Assembly (NCBI RefSeq): GCF_963921235.1
Contig: NC_086097.1
Location: forward strand, 95,854,001-95,918,000
DNA from: Mobula hypostoma
Taxonomy: Eukaryota
Direction: 5' to 3'
Length of the DNA stretch: 64,000 nt
Shown in pieces: positions 51,424 through 64,000 of this stretch. Within the stretch, counting starts at the first letter, position 1. Each line of letters starts with the position of its first letter. A model generated the notes under the pieces. It ran no database searches. It was not told the origin of the DNA and saw only the letters and a list, made by a program, of their open reading frames with translations. A program made the position numbers and the translations under genes.

Positions 51424-53005
51424 AGTGCCTATAAAAGGTATTTACTACCCCCCCCCCGCCCCCCAGCAGTTTTCATGTTTTATTGTTTTACAATATTGAA
51501 TCACAGTGGATTTAATTTGGCTTTTTTGACACTGATCAACAGAAAAAGACTCCTTTGTGTTAAAGTGAAAACAGATCTCTACAAAGTGATCTAAATTAAT
51601 TACAAATATAAATACAAAATAATTGATTGCTAAAGTATTCACTCCCTTCAAGAACGTATTCAGTATGTGCACCTTTGGCAGCAATCACAGCCTTGAGCCT
51701 GTGTGGATAGGTCTCTATCAGCTATGCACATCTGGACTCTGCAATTTTTCCCCATTCTTCTTAACAAAACTGCTCATGCTCTATCAGATTGCATGGGGAT
51801 CATGAGGGAACAGCCCTTTTCAAGTCCAGCCACAAATTCTCAATTGGATTGAGGTCTGGACTCTGATTAGGCCACTCCAGGACATTAACTTTGTTGTTTT
51901 TAAACCGTTTCTGTGTAGCTTTGGTTTTATGTTTGGGGTCATTGCCTTGCTGGAAAATAACTCTTCTCCCAAATTGCAGTTTTCTTGCAGACTGCATCAA
52001 GTTTTCCTCCAGGATTTCCCTGTGTTTTGCTGCATTTGTTTTACCTTCTACCTTCACAAGCCTTTCAGGGCCTGCTGCAGTGAAGCATCCCCACAGCATG
52101 ATGCAGCCATTACCATGCTTCACTGTAGGGATGGTATGTTTCTGATGATATGCGAATTTTGGCTTACACCAAATTAACCATTTAGTCTGATGGCCAAAAA
52201 GCTTAATTTTGCTTTTATCAGACCTTCTTCCAGCTGACTTCAGAGTCTCCCATATGCTTTCTGGCAAACTCCAGCTGAGATTTCATGAGTTTTTTTTCAA
52301 CAGTGGTGTTCTCTTTGCCAGTCTCCCATAAAGCTGTGACTGGTGAAACACCTGGGCAACAGTTGTATGCAGAGTCTTCCCCATCCCGGCCTCTGAAGCT
52401 TGTAACTCCTCCAGAGTTCTCATAGGTCTCTTGGTGGCCACCCTCACTAATCCCCTTCTTGCACGGTCACTCAGTTTTTGAGGACGGCCTGCTCTAGGCA
52501 GATTTACAGCTGTGCCATATTTTTTCCATTTCAGTGACTTGGAAATTTCTTGTATCCATCTCCTGACTTGTGCTTTTCAATAACCTTTTCGCGGAGTTGC
52601 TTGGAGTGTTCTTTTCTTTTGTCTTCATGGTGTAGTTTTTGTCAGGATACTGACTCACCAGCAATTGGAACTTCCAGATACAGGTGTATTTATACTATTA
52701 TCAATTGAAACATCTTCACTGCACACGGTGATTCCATTTAACTAATTATGTGACTTCTAAAACCAATTGGCTGCACCAGTGATGACTTGGTGTGTCATAC
52801 TAAAGGGGGTCAATACACAAAATAATTATTTTGTGTTTTATATTTGTAATTAATTTAGATCTCTTTGTAGAGATCTGTCTTATCTTTGACACAAAAGAGT
52901 CTTTTTTCTGTTGATCAGAGTCAAAAAGGCCAAATTAAATCCACTGCGATTCAATGTTGTAAAACAATAAAAGATGAAAACTTCCAAGGAGGGTGAATAC
53001 TTTTG
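51424..53005 (-). mobile_element. Tc1-like transposon with long IR/DR termini, nested in the R4/Dong element
   Basis: TVKHGNGCIMLWGCF..FQQGNDPKH..WPNQSPDLNPIENLW; inverted repeats of about 200 bp at 51424-51650 and 52800-53005. Confidence 0.9.
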
Positions 53006-54222
53006 TGAAATGCGTCAGACAAATAAAACAGGATTATCCATTCAGAAATAATGAAAAAGGTTTATATCGGACATTAAAACTAAATTCAGCCAACCAAAAT
53101 GTCACCAACCCCAGCATAGAATAGTCATAGTCATAGTCGTACTTTATTGATCCCGAGGGAAATTGGTTTTAGTTACAGTTGCACTAACCAAGAACAGAGT
53201 ATAAATAAAGCAATATAAAACCATAAATAATTAAATAGTAATATGTAAATGCCAGGAAATAAGGAATTACCAACAAACAAGGGATAATGAACTTTTGATC
53301 TAATATCTGGTCAAACAGGGTGATGCACAATCAAGAAGCAACCTGGAACAGGGAGGAAAAAGAACACACACACACACACACACACAATTGAAGAAATGTA
53401 AATACCTGAAGTTACAACGGATATGCCAAAAGAGGTTATAAAAAGTACCCACAGCTGGAAAAGTACTGGGTGTGATAATATTCACAATTATTGTTATAAA
53501 AAACTTACTTGCCTTCATCCGTACTGAATAATGCATGTCAACAGTTTTCTTAAAAATCCTGAAAAAGTGCCTGAATTTTTGACAGAAGGTAAAACAGATC
53601 TTTAACCTGAAGGGGAAATCACAAAAGATCTGTTAAACTATTCTCCTATTACTTGTTTTCAAACTATATAAAATTGTAACATCATGTATCTCACAGCTAA
53701 TCACCAATCACTTAGATAACCACAATATATTTATGGAACAGAAGGGATGCTGTGAGGATATGAAAGGATGTAAAGTACAACTGGTTATAGATTCCGTAAG
53801 TCTAAATCAAGCCCATCAGGAAAGCAGAAATCTTTCGTGTTGCTATATTGACTACCGAACAAGAGCAACCACCATTATCAAAATAAACTGAGGCATTTTC
53901 CATGGTAACTAAGCTCACTATGGTTCTGTCTCGCTCTCTACTTACTGAATCAGATGAAAACTGGGTATCAAATTGGAAACAATGAAATGAGCTATACCTT
54001 AACACACCCTCTATACATGGATGATTTGAAATTATATGCCCCTTCATCAGTTAAGCTAAAGCAATTAATTCAAATAGTAGAACTATTTTCAAAAAATATA
54101 AACATGAACTTGGACTGAATAAATGCAAAACATTAAACATAAAGTAAGTGCAATAGAGCTAATAGAATATAAAACAGAGCAGCAGGATATAATATAATCG
54201 ATGGATGGATATGAAACGTAAG

Positions 54223-55034
54223 TGTAGTGGCTTGGTTAAGATTTTTACTGCTATGCTGTAGATATTTCATTTTAGCAGTTCTGTAAGAGCAGTCTATTCT
54301 GCTTTTAGCATGTTTGGGTTTGAGCTAAAGATAAGGAGCTATGATGTTCAACTTAGGAATGTTGTTTCAGCCAATCAGGACGGTGGAATTGGAGAAGGTT
54401 CTAGAAAACGCTGAGCGGAACGGTTTTTTTGACAGACACTAGTGTGGATCGAGGTCTTTTTGTTCAGGCATTGGAAGAGGACAGGAGGGAAGATGGCTGA
54501 GGATGTTGTCCTTGTTGCACAAGATGCTTGGTGCGGATGAACGACTTCAAGGAGGAAGGACCAATACTCCTGTGGGGGAGCCCATTTGTTTGAGGTGGAT
54601 TTCGAGCAACTTGCAGAAGGTGGTGTGTGCTTTCATGCAGACTGTGGGTCCAGCGCATGACTTAAAGACAACTTCAACATGAGCTCCAACTTACGTGCAC
54701 ATATGGACTGGGTTAACTGTAATGGGCCCTTTTTATTTTTTTCCTTTTCTTTTTCTTACTGCTTGATAAAGCTGACATTTGTAAATGTACTTTCTTTATA
54801 ATTGTATGTAGTGTACGGTCTGTTATTTTTTGCCCACAGACAATTGCATGGGAGCAGTAGTTCACACGGATCGGGGTTCAGGTGGGCAAGATATCCCAAC
54901 TTCCTGGGTTTGTTGGGGCCCAAGTCATATTGAACCTAGACGTATGGTTGTTTTCTCATCACTGAGTCTGGTGGCTGTTAGTGAGGGGCTAACGAACTGC
55001 TTCTCTAGAGACGCCCGATAAAAGAGGGGTTTCA
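54223..55034. mobile_element. Solo LTR inserted in the R4/Dong RT
   Basis: TG...CA ends, flanks TAAG/TTAG (imperfect 4-bp TSD); splits the ET/KYL.YQQ motif of the host element. Confidence 0.65.
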
Positions 55035-56389
55035 TTAGTATCTGAGATACCAACAAGGAAAGAAAATAGATCATATTGTGATAAAGGAAAAAAAACTTGA
55101 CAGAATTTACTTCAAGGCTTAAGAAAATCTGCCAGATAGAGCTCAATGGTAAAAATATAACAAAGGCAATAAACACTTCTGCTATACCTATATCAATGTA
55201 TTCTCTTGGCATAACTTCTTGGTCCGAAACTGATCTGGAAAATTTACAAAGAAAGATAAGAACTGAAATGACAAATTTCAGAAAACATTATGTACATTTG
55301 AATGTGCTTAGATTAACACTACCTAGGACAGAAGGGGGAAGATTAATAACAGACATTAAAAATCTACACAACGGTTAGATAAAACTTCTAAGGATATAAT
55401 TTCATCAACAAAAACATGAATCAGCACTCCACCCAAGCATATGCAATTCTGATAAGAAGTATACACCACTAAACTTAAATGAGAACACAACCCCCAAAAA
55501 AATGACGACATTATCACTATTGAAGAAAAAGTTAACTAGTGGAAGAGCATGACCCTCCAAGGAAGACACCCCTATGATCTGGGCAGACTAGATGTCAACA
55601 AAGAAGTGTCGAACGCCTGGCTCAGAGTTAGAGACCTTTTCCCAGAAACAGAAGGGTTCCTTGTAGCATTACATGACCAGGTGGTTAACACAAACAATTA
55701 TCAAAAATACATAATAAAAGATTAACAAATTCAAGATGATCCATGTAGAAAATGCTGAAAAAAAAAACAAACAATCCAACACATCACAGGATCCTGTAGC
55801 AGTTTACTACAGTCTGATTACTTACACAGGCCTAATCAAGTGGTAAACATCATTCATCAAAATCTTGCTTTAAAACACAAACTTGTAAATGAAATTACAC
55901 CTTACTATAAATACAAGCCTCATCCAGTTTTAGAATCAGGATATCACAAATTATATTATGACTGATCAGTTATTACAGATAGGACAATCTATAATAACCA
56001 TTTGGATGTTATAGGATAAACAAACAAGAACAACTTATTTGATAGATATAGACATTCCGAACACACATAACTTATAGAAATCAAGGAGTGAAAAGCACCA
56101 GAAATATGCTGAATTAAAAGAGGAAATTGAAAGACTTTGGAACATGAACAAGGTTCACATTGTCCCGATAATAATATCTACAACTGGTGTCAATCCCAAA
56201 ATCACTACACAATAGCACTAAACAATTAGGGCTACACAGTAATATCTATATAAATCTTCAGAAAGCCATGATAGTAGACACCACTAGAATAGCTAGAAAG
56301 TTCCTAGCAATTGACAAATGAGCGTGCTTGGCTATGCCCAAAACTCAGGTTTTACCAGCTTGGGCTGAGAAAGAAAAAATAATAATATT

Positions 56390-57065
56390 AATAAATAAAT
56401 ATCAAGAGCATGAGATGAAAAATCTCTGAAAGCGAGTCCATATGCTGGGGGAACAGTTCAGTGATGGGGCAAATGAAGTTGAGTGAAGTTATCCCTTTTT
56501 GTTCAAGAGTCTGATGGTTGAAGGGTAATAACAGTTCCTGAACATGGTGGTGTGAGTCCCGAAGCTCCTGTACCTTCTTCCTGATGACAGCAACAAGAAG
56601 ACAGCACGACCTAGAAGGTGGTGGTCCCTGATTATCATGCTGCTTTCCTGCGACAGCACTCCTTATAGTTGTGCTTAATGATGGAGAGAGCTTTACCAGT
56701 GATGGACTAAGTATATCTACTACTTTTTGTAGGATTTTCTATACAAGAACATTGGTATTTCCATACCAGGCTGTGATGTAGCTGGTTAATATACTCTCAA
56801 CCACACATCTATAAAAGTATGTCAAAATTTTAGATCTCGTGCCAAATATTCACAAGGTGCTAAGGAAGTAGAGGCGCTGCTGTGCTTTCTTTGTATTTAC
56901 ACTTACGTGCTGGGCCAGGACAGGTCCACTGAAATGAGAATTCCAAGGATCCCCTGATAAGAACTGGCTGATGGACCTTCAGTTTCTTCCTCCCAAAGTC
57001 AATAGTCAATTCCTTAATCTTGCTAACATTGAGTAAGAGATTGTTTTTGTGGCACCACTCAGATG
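56390..57065 (-). mobile_element. Rex1/Babar-like LINE 3' part (its extreme 3' end is at about 50975-51118)
   Basis: EWCHKNNLLLNVSKIKELTIDF; colinear with other minus-strand Rex1 copies. Confidence 0.75.
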
Positions 57066-58466
57066 GTGATGTTTGCATTGCGGCACTCCTTGTATAGGGT
57101 AACTAACAGAAATTGTTACAAGTATGGGAAAACAAGTTACATTAAAACTCAATATTTTAACAGTATTGGAAGCAGTATGAAGACCAAATAGGTCCTATAA
57201 TAGGATCCTGACAGTTAAATAGAGATGAAATATATACTGGGACTTTATAACTCATTGTAGGTCTATACGCAGCAAGATATTAAGGCATTCAAGTCATTAT
57301 GAGGTGGCTGTAAGTAATTCATGCAGACTGTCATGGATTTTCCAAAATCTAAGGCATGCATTACAATAACTCTTTACATAGAATTAATAAATGAATCTCC
57401 AGATATCATTGGCTAAACAAAGATTAGGGATTGAATTTCATCTTAAGTTCCTCTAAGTATTTGTTTTTGTCAGTTTGATTGTCAAGAGAAAAAATGTATG
57501 GCTTTTTAAAAAAAGTAGAAAATTAGATTCATGAAAAATAATTCCCATCAAAAAAGGAAACAAGGTTGCTTTGAATTGTGTTATCATGTATTTTTTTCAC
57601 CTGCCTCTGAACTCAGTATCTTCTCTGTATACCAAATATGTCTGGTGGCACGTGAAGCAACTATCTCTTTCTGTCGCTCTACAGGCTTCTATGCACCAGA
57701 TAATTTCTATTTACAGGCAGGACATTCATCTGGCTCACAACATCCTATCACAAGAATGAACTAGATGAAGAGATTTTTAAAAAGATGAGCTTTACCTGTT
57801 ACATGTACACTACATCGAAACATGCAGTGAAATGCGTCATTTACGTCGCAAAACATGCACAGTTTGAGAATATGTTGGGAGCAGCTTGCAAGTGCTATGC
57901 TACCAGCGCCAACATAGCATGCCTAGTTGTAGGGGTGATGGTCACAGATGTGTATTGGACACTATCATCTTACCACATATTAACCCGGTGTTTAAAGACC
58001 TGCTAAATTGGTCTTAATACTACCAGGGTTTCATGGATGGGGTTTGATTCTCAAAATCTTTTAATTTAGGAGCTGCAATGCTAGCACTCACCATGTTGGA
58101 TTGACAGTGTTTGCTGATTCTCCCTGCATTGACCAACCATCTCACACCAAGGCAAGAACTTCACCTGTTCAAATGCTTTTTGAGAGTCAGTACAAACTAT
58201 AGAATTTAAAATAAATTTCTTGTTGTTTTCTATTAATTCGTGTTCTCTTGGTCTTCAGTTTTTCGTTTTCTTGTTGTCAAAAGCCTTTCCCCTTCCTTCT
58301 ACCTTCCTGAAGCAGGGATACATTGCTGTATTACTGTCCATTGATATTCAAATACCTGTAATGTTTATTTGTGTAGAGCGAAAAACATAGTTCACAGCTA
58401 AAGAGTGAATTTGTGCATAAGGATTAAAATCACCACAGTCTTATATTATTAAATTCTCTGTTCCAG

Positions 58467-58539
58467 GATGAGAAAGAAGTGGAAAAGATTTTTGAGATGC
58501 CTCCAACATGGGCTCAGCAAATTGTTATTCCTGCCAAAG
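58467..58539 (+). CDS. DRC7: DRC7 coding exon 8
   Basis: ttccAG|DEKEVEKIFEMPPTWAQQIVIPAK-G|GTATGT; 73 bp, phase 0/1. Confidence 0.9.
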
Positions 58540-59014
58540 GTATGTAAGTCTGCCTGAAATTCTAGGGTTTTATGCTATTTCCAAAAGTAATGATTTTTTA
58601 AAAAAAACAAAATTAAAGTTTAATTAGTGGTTAATTTTATGACCATGATTTACTTATTTTGTTGCAATTGGTCTTAAAAGTTTGGTCCAGAATGTTGTGC
58701 CAACCGTTTAGCCTGCTCTTAGATTAATCTTAGAGTAGGTTAAAAGGTTGTCAGAACACCTGCGGCTGAAGGGCCTGTATTGTGCTGTTGTGTTCTGTGT
58801 TCTATATTCTGTTACTGATCTGATCACATATGTCTCTAATGGTGACACCAGATGTATAGAAACAAATATTAGAATGGATTCACATATCATCTATCAATAC
58901 ATTTCATAGTCAATAAAGTATTTCTGAAGTGCCTTGAAGTCTTTGTGCTCTATTGGAAAAAGTAGCTGCTAACCTGTGCACAGCAAGACCTCTCAAATTG
59001 CAGGTAACACTTTT

Positions 59015-59722
59015 TTCAGGCCCCCAAACAGACCTTCCTGGTGAGGCAACACTTCACTTGTGAGTCTGTTGGGGTCATCTATTGCATCCGGTGCTCCCGG
59101 TGCGGCCTCCTCTACATCGGTGAGACCTGACGCAGATTGGGGTACTGCTTCATCGAGCACCTCCGCTCCATCCACCACAACAGACAGGATCTCCCGGTTG
59201 CCACCCACTTCAACTCTGCTTCACATTCCCATTCGGATATGTCCATACATGGCCTCCTCTACTGCCATGATGAGGCCAAACTCAGGTTGGAGGAGCAACA
59301 CCTCATATACCGTCTGGGTAGTCTCCAGCCCCTTGGCATGAACATTTAATTCTCCAACTTCAGGTAATTCCTCCCCCTTCCTTCCCCCATCCCAGTTACA
59401 CTCTGTCCCCTCCTCCAGCTGCCTATCACCTCCCTCATGGTTCCGCCTCCTTCTACTACCCATTGTGTTTTCCCCTATTCCTTCTTCACCTTTCCTGCCT
59501 ATCACTTCCCTGCTTCCCCTCCCCCACCCCTTTATCTTTCCCCTCACTGGTTTTTTACCTGGAACCTACCAGCCTTCTCCTTCCCACTCTCCGCCCACTT
59601 TCTTTATAGGGCCTCTGCCCCTTCCCTCTACAATCCTGATGAAGGGTCTCGGCCCGAAACGTTGACTGCTTGTTTCCACAGATGTTGCCCAACCTGCTGA
59701 GTTCCTTAGCATGTTGTGCATG
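59015..59722 (+). mobile_element. Penelope-like element, close inverted copy of 48856-49603
   Basis: GIY-YIG C-terminus FIEHLRSI..DLPVATHFNS..EEQHLIYRLGSLQPLGMN; hammerhead at 59631-59668. Confidence 0.9.
59631..59668 (+). ncRNA. Minimal type I hammerhead ribozyme motif (Penelope-associated)
   Basis: caatc-CTGATGA-a-GGGTctcgGCCC-GAAAC-GTT-gactg: core boxes, stem II, palindromic stem III (AACGTT), stem I caatc/gactg with one mismatch. Confidence 0.65.
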
Positions 59723-61453
59723 TGGCTGCCTTTTTTACTTGCTGGAACTAGTTGAGAGAATCATATGAACCAATATAACAGAATTGTCTGGAAAAGTAGC
59801 AAATGTCGCATCTATTCTAGGCAAGATCTAACACAGAACGATGTCATCATGGCTCAGTGGATAGTAATGTACCTAGAGACAGAGGATGTGGATTCATTTC
59901 TCCCCAAGTGGACATAAAATATCTCATGCCTAAATATGAAGATAAGGAAAGTGTTCTTTTGATTGATGTATTGGGCAGAAAGTGCTTTGTGATGTTCCAA
60001 GAAAATGATCACCTGTTCCATAATTTATAAGTTATTAAACACTGTATGTTTCTGCTGAGAGGTAGATGCTACGACTTTTGCTCGGTTCCTCTCGCCCCAA
60101 GCACCAGAATCCAAGGATAATATAGGATCAGAGCTCACTCCTTATACTCCGGCATTGATGGCTTGTACTTCAACCCTCAGTATAACCTCGTTTAGTAAGA
60201 TTTGTGTTAAATGAGAGAGAGATAATGTAGTTGTGCACAGAAGGAGTTCCATATGCTACAGATTACCTTCAGTTCAGCGTGAATAAGAATAGCACAGATT
60301 TCAATGCTTCACCTCAAAATGTGATGCTGGTAGATGCCACCCTCCCAAAGCCACTTGCAACATGGAGCTTTAGGATAGATTTGTTCCATTGATGGGTTTG
60401 TCCAAATGATCACTAGTTTACCAAGAATAGCATCTCAGAATTCCACAGAGTTGAGAGCCCTGCTTACTGTAATAATATATTGGGTATATTGTGTAATGTT
60501 TCATTTCTACAAACTGTGTGCCCAGCCACCAAACCCCCCGCCCCCCCAATTCAGTCTTCTCCAATTAATCAAAGGTGATTGATAGCTTTCTTAAAGATGG
60601 CTCTGTTAAAGTTGTCACCCAAATCATCAGAATGACAGTCATACACTTACTGTAAGCATCCCAGTTAAGGGAGTGAAATTCAAATCAATGCAAACACAGC
60701 AGTCCCTTTGATGGCTAAGCACTAGTAGACTGGAACCTTGAACATGGATCTGTCAGATAAATGTTGTAGATCTTTTCCAATCCAAATACACTTCCCTAAT
60801 GAAGTTGAGAAAAAACACTGATGTTGATGTTATAATAATGCAATAATAATGCTTATTGCTCATAACAAGCAAGTATGCTGTTGTAAGATGTATGGCTCCC
60901 AACCTGCTACATACTTTAACCATGTAAAATATCACTTGGCAGTACATGTGAAAAAGAAAAGCACTAATTATCTTAAACTGGAAACATAAGGGCATTAGCA
61001 CAAAAAATTTGGTTCGGAACGCTGTTGTTGTTCGTTTCAATTGTTTGCATAATGTGTATTTTTTTCTTTCTCTTGCGTAATCGAGTGTTGGTCTTTCATT
61101 TTTATTCTTTTTTTCTTTAATTGGGTTTTTTGGGTTTCTTGCTTTGTGGCTACCTGTGAGCAAGCAAATCTCAAGGTTGTATAATTTATACATTCTATGA
61201 TAATAAATGTACTTGAACTTGAACAACAGTTGTCAAAACTGACAAGATTTTTAAAGTAAAATTTTTCCATTAACTAATCCTTGTTTGTATTTTACCATGA
61301 GTGCGATTGTAATGAAGAGGTAAAAAGTGATCTCAAGTGCACAGCATGTTCAATATTGGGCAGCACATGATTGGAAGGATATCAAGACCTTGGTGAGGGA
61401 ACAGGGTAGATTCGTAGAAATAGTACTAAGAATGAAGGACTGGAATGATTAAA

Positions 61454-61511
61454 GTTTATTCTCCTTAAAGAAATAAATCTCTTAAGATTTATTTCTCTAA
61501 GGAGAATAAAC
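61454..61511. repeat. 27-bp inverted repeat (hairpin) inside an old CR1 fragment (about 61340-61830)
   Basis: gtttattctccttaaagaaataaatct-ctta-agatttatttctctaaggagaataaac; one mismatch. Confidence 0.85.
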
Positions 61512-61963
61512 AGAGAAATAAGGGAGATAGAGGTGTTCAAAGTAAAAAGAAGTTGTCATGCTGATATGAAGAAATTTTACAGTTAGGCAGGTCAGTAAGC
61601 ATAGAATACAGTATTAAGATAATTTTATGAAGGAACAACAGGCAGTTGAAGAGCTTTCTTTATGCTACAAACTGTTATCATCTGGAATTCACTGCCTGAA
61701 GGACTGCTGGTGAAAAATGAGCAATAATCTTCAAAATATGAATTGGATAGAGACGTAAAAGTGAAAATATACACAATAGTGGCAATGCAGCATTTGAGTA
61801 GCTCTTACAAAAATCTGATTCAGGCAAGTCACCTGTTTCTGTGGTGTAAGATTCGATGGTTCCCCTTAGAAATATTATTCTCACCTACGAGCATAATAAT
61901 ACAAAATTGGCCTATAAATTTTTAAAAATTCTAAAAATTAATTTAATCTTTTATTTCTTGCAG

Positions 61964-62092
61964 ACATTGAGACACGTTGTCCAAATGGTGAGAAGTTAAT
62001 TCAGTATAAGAAGGTGAATTTAGAAAAGTATGCACCATACTTGAACATAGATGGGATGGTGAAGCGACTGATTGAATATGAGGATGATGAAT
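61964..62092 (+). CDS. DRC7: DRC7 coding exon 9
   Basis: ttgcAG|(D)IETRCPNGEKLIQYKKVNLEKYAPYLNIDGMVKRLIEYEDDE-T|GTAAGT; 129 bp, phase 1/1. Confidence 0.94.
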
Positions 62093-62703
62093 GTAAGTTT
62101 TCATTGTTTTTGAGTTTTTGTCTACTTTCTTTTTTTTATCCTCCTTCAGGAACATGTGAGTGACTTATCCCAGCAACCCAGTTTTACCTTAGGAATTTGA
62201 GGTAAAGAGCTGTTCAGATGTTAGGGCATCACACTTGATTCAATTCAGTCCTCATCCATTGTTCATGAGATCATGCATTGACAAACAGGATTGTAGTGAG
62301 ATGGTCAACAACAGTCCAGTGCTGGCCACTGTAATTACAACTTTACTTCATAAATGATTGGATATTGACTGATGAACCTTAAAATGATGTGGTTTGTACT
62401 TGATTTTCTCCTGATTTGTTTCAAACACTTGATGCATGAGGAAATGAGTAAAACCTACCATAAACAGATTTTCTTACTACAACTGTGTGAATTTTAGTCA
62501 GTATAGAAAATTATTTGTCTGGTGTTTGTTCTTCAAAAGGAAGTACATTTTTAAAGTGGAAAAGAATAATATTCCATGGGAGAACAGATTTACAACCCAA
62601 ACTTATGAATAAAAACTATTTAATCAAATTGTGCATTATTAACTACATCAGCAAAAGTGAATTGCACACAAGGTTGAATGACCTTTCTCTTTATCGTCCA
62701 CAG

Positions 62704-62832
62704 GTACTACTTTTCTGAAGGTGACAGAGTGGTATGCTAACAGAAAGGATATGCTGGAGAAAATTGAACGTAACATGAAAACTCAGACCATTACAGAGCA
62801 TTTTAGAAATGGCCGAACTCTGGCACTTAAAA
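62704..62832 (+). CDS. DRC7: DRC7 coding exon 10 (gene continues beyond the window)
   Basis: cacAG|(C)TTFLKVTEWYANRKDMLEKIERNMKTQTITEHFRNGRTLALK-A|GTGAGG; 129 bp, phase 1/1. Confidence 0.92.
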
Positions 62833-64000
62833 GTGAGGACAGCACTTAGAAAAGCTTAGAAAGATTAAATATGATAGATAGTAGTTTTCATGGAACAATT
62901 AGACAACAACGAGCCCATGTGGTCCTGATATCTTCTGTGTGGTAAATAGTATTTAAGCTTTTTCTGAGTGTGTGTCTGCTTTCCACCATTGACTATATCC
63001 TGTTTAGTGCAGACTGTTTGATACTGCTGTGATGCCAGAACCATTCTGCTAGGTTGGAACATGTGAAGGTGGTCTCCATAAAAATTCTCAGTATTTCAAG
63101 GGACTGAAACCAGGTGTTATGTTTGTTCTTGATAAAAGACAAACTTTGCATGGGTTCTAATGCTAGCACATATTTATTTATAGAACATAGCTTCTAGCCC
63201 CATGCAGAGTGTGTGCGACCAGGTCTCCAGCATCATTTCAGGTTCCAGGTGAACCACCCGCATTGCCCACTGGGAACTGAAGTTCTTTATTATGTACTCA
63301 CATAATAGCATATCTTTTCCCTTTTAAAAAAAGACAAACACCAATATTATGCCCTCATAAACCTGCAAGAAACAATAATGCTTTCCAACAAAGATATTTA
63401 CATTAACTTGAATTGTAATGTCCCTTATTACTCATCAACTCTCAATCAGTCTCTGAGGTGGTTTGATGATCCTTTTTGGTCTGCTTTATGTTTCCACAGA
63501 TGTGTTGCTTTCACTTGCTGTTTTAATATTAGTGTCCATCTGAGAACTCTGAACAAGTTTATGTTTTCACATTTGCTGCCAAGATCATATCTGTTCTTGT
63601 TCTTGCTGTGTGACCATAATTTGCTCTACATGCCTCATAATGGAGCCCTCAGCTACATGTGATCAGTGAGTCTTTGCAGAAGTTCCAACTGATTCTGTCT
63701 CAATTCACAGAGCTCCTTCTGTATACTGTATATCAAAGATAGCATCTCCTCCTTTTGGTTTTTGTTGAACTGTTGCTGTTGTTCTCACCTTTGGATCTGT
63801 GTGGCCACTCCATCTTCCTTTTTTATTTTTCAACTTCGGAGAGGATCGTGGGGATATTTTTGATTTCCAATCTTTAACTGGAAGTCAATGAGAGACAGAT
63901 TTTGAACCAAAGCCACATGATGTGCAAGCAATATTGGCGGCTTATTCATCATGATCACTGTTTAGCACTGGCATCCTGACTGTTATGGAAGGTAGAATTC

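Larger units (their letters stand above)
51119..56388 (+). mobile_element. R4/Dong-like non-LTR retrotransposon (RT + restriction-like endonuclease), degenerate, inserted in a (TAA)n tract of a Rex1 3' end
   Basis: YMDD at 54014-54025, KAINTSAIP..LPRTEGGR, PETEGFLVALHDQV, CRKC..IQHITGSC, EKHQKYAELKEEIERLW; flanked by aataataataataac and aataataatattaataa. Confidence 0.8.

Overview
Eukaryotic, intron-rich vertebrate DNA. The repeat set (CR1, Rex1/Babar, HE1-type V-SINE, Penelope-like elements) points to a cartilaginous fish, possibly a ray; this is inference. The host gene is DRC7/CCDC135 on the + strand. I traced ten coding exons from 7452 to 62832 with canonical AG/GT sites and consistent phases, and the gene continues past the window. 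The introns are mostly transposable elements, often nested. The most unusual object is a 3.57-kb Ty3/Gypsy LTR element (about 3766-7334) just upstream of the first DRC7 coding exon. It keeps both LTRs, PBS, PPT, gag, protease and the last codons of pol. Its RT-RNaseH-integrase region is replaced by two intronless host cDNAs: SUDS3 (Sin3/HDAC subunit), sense and in frame with gag-protease, and an RNF213 E3-module segment in antisense. Also noted: an inverted pair of Penelope copies flanking DRC7 exons 7-8, minimal hammerhead ribozyme motifs, a five-level TE nest, and an R4/Dong element in a TAA repeat. All family and gene calls come from motif recognition by eye, not database searches.
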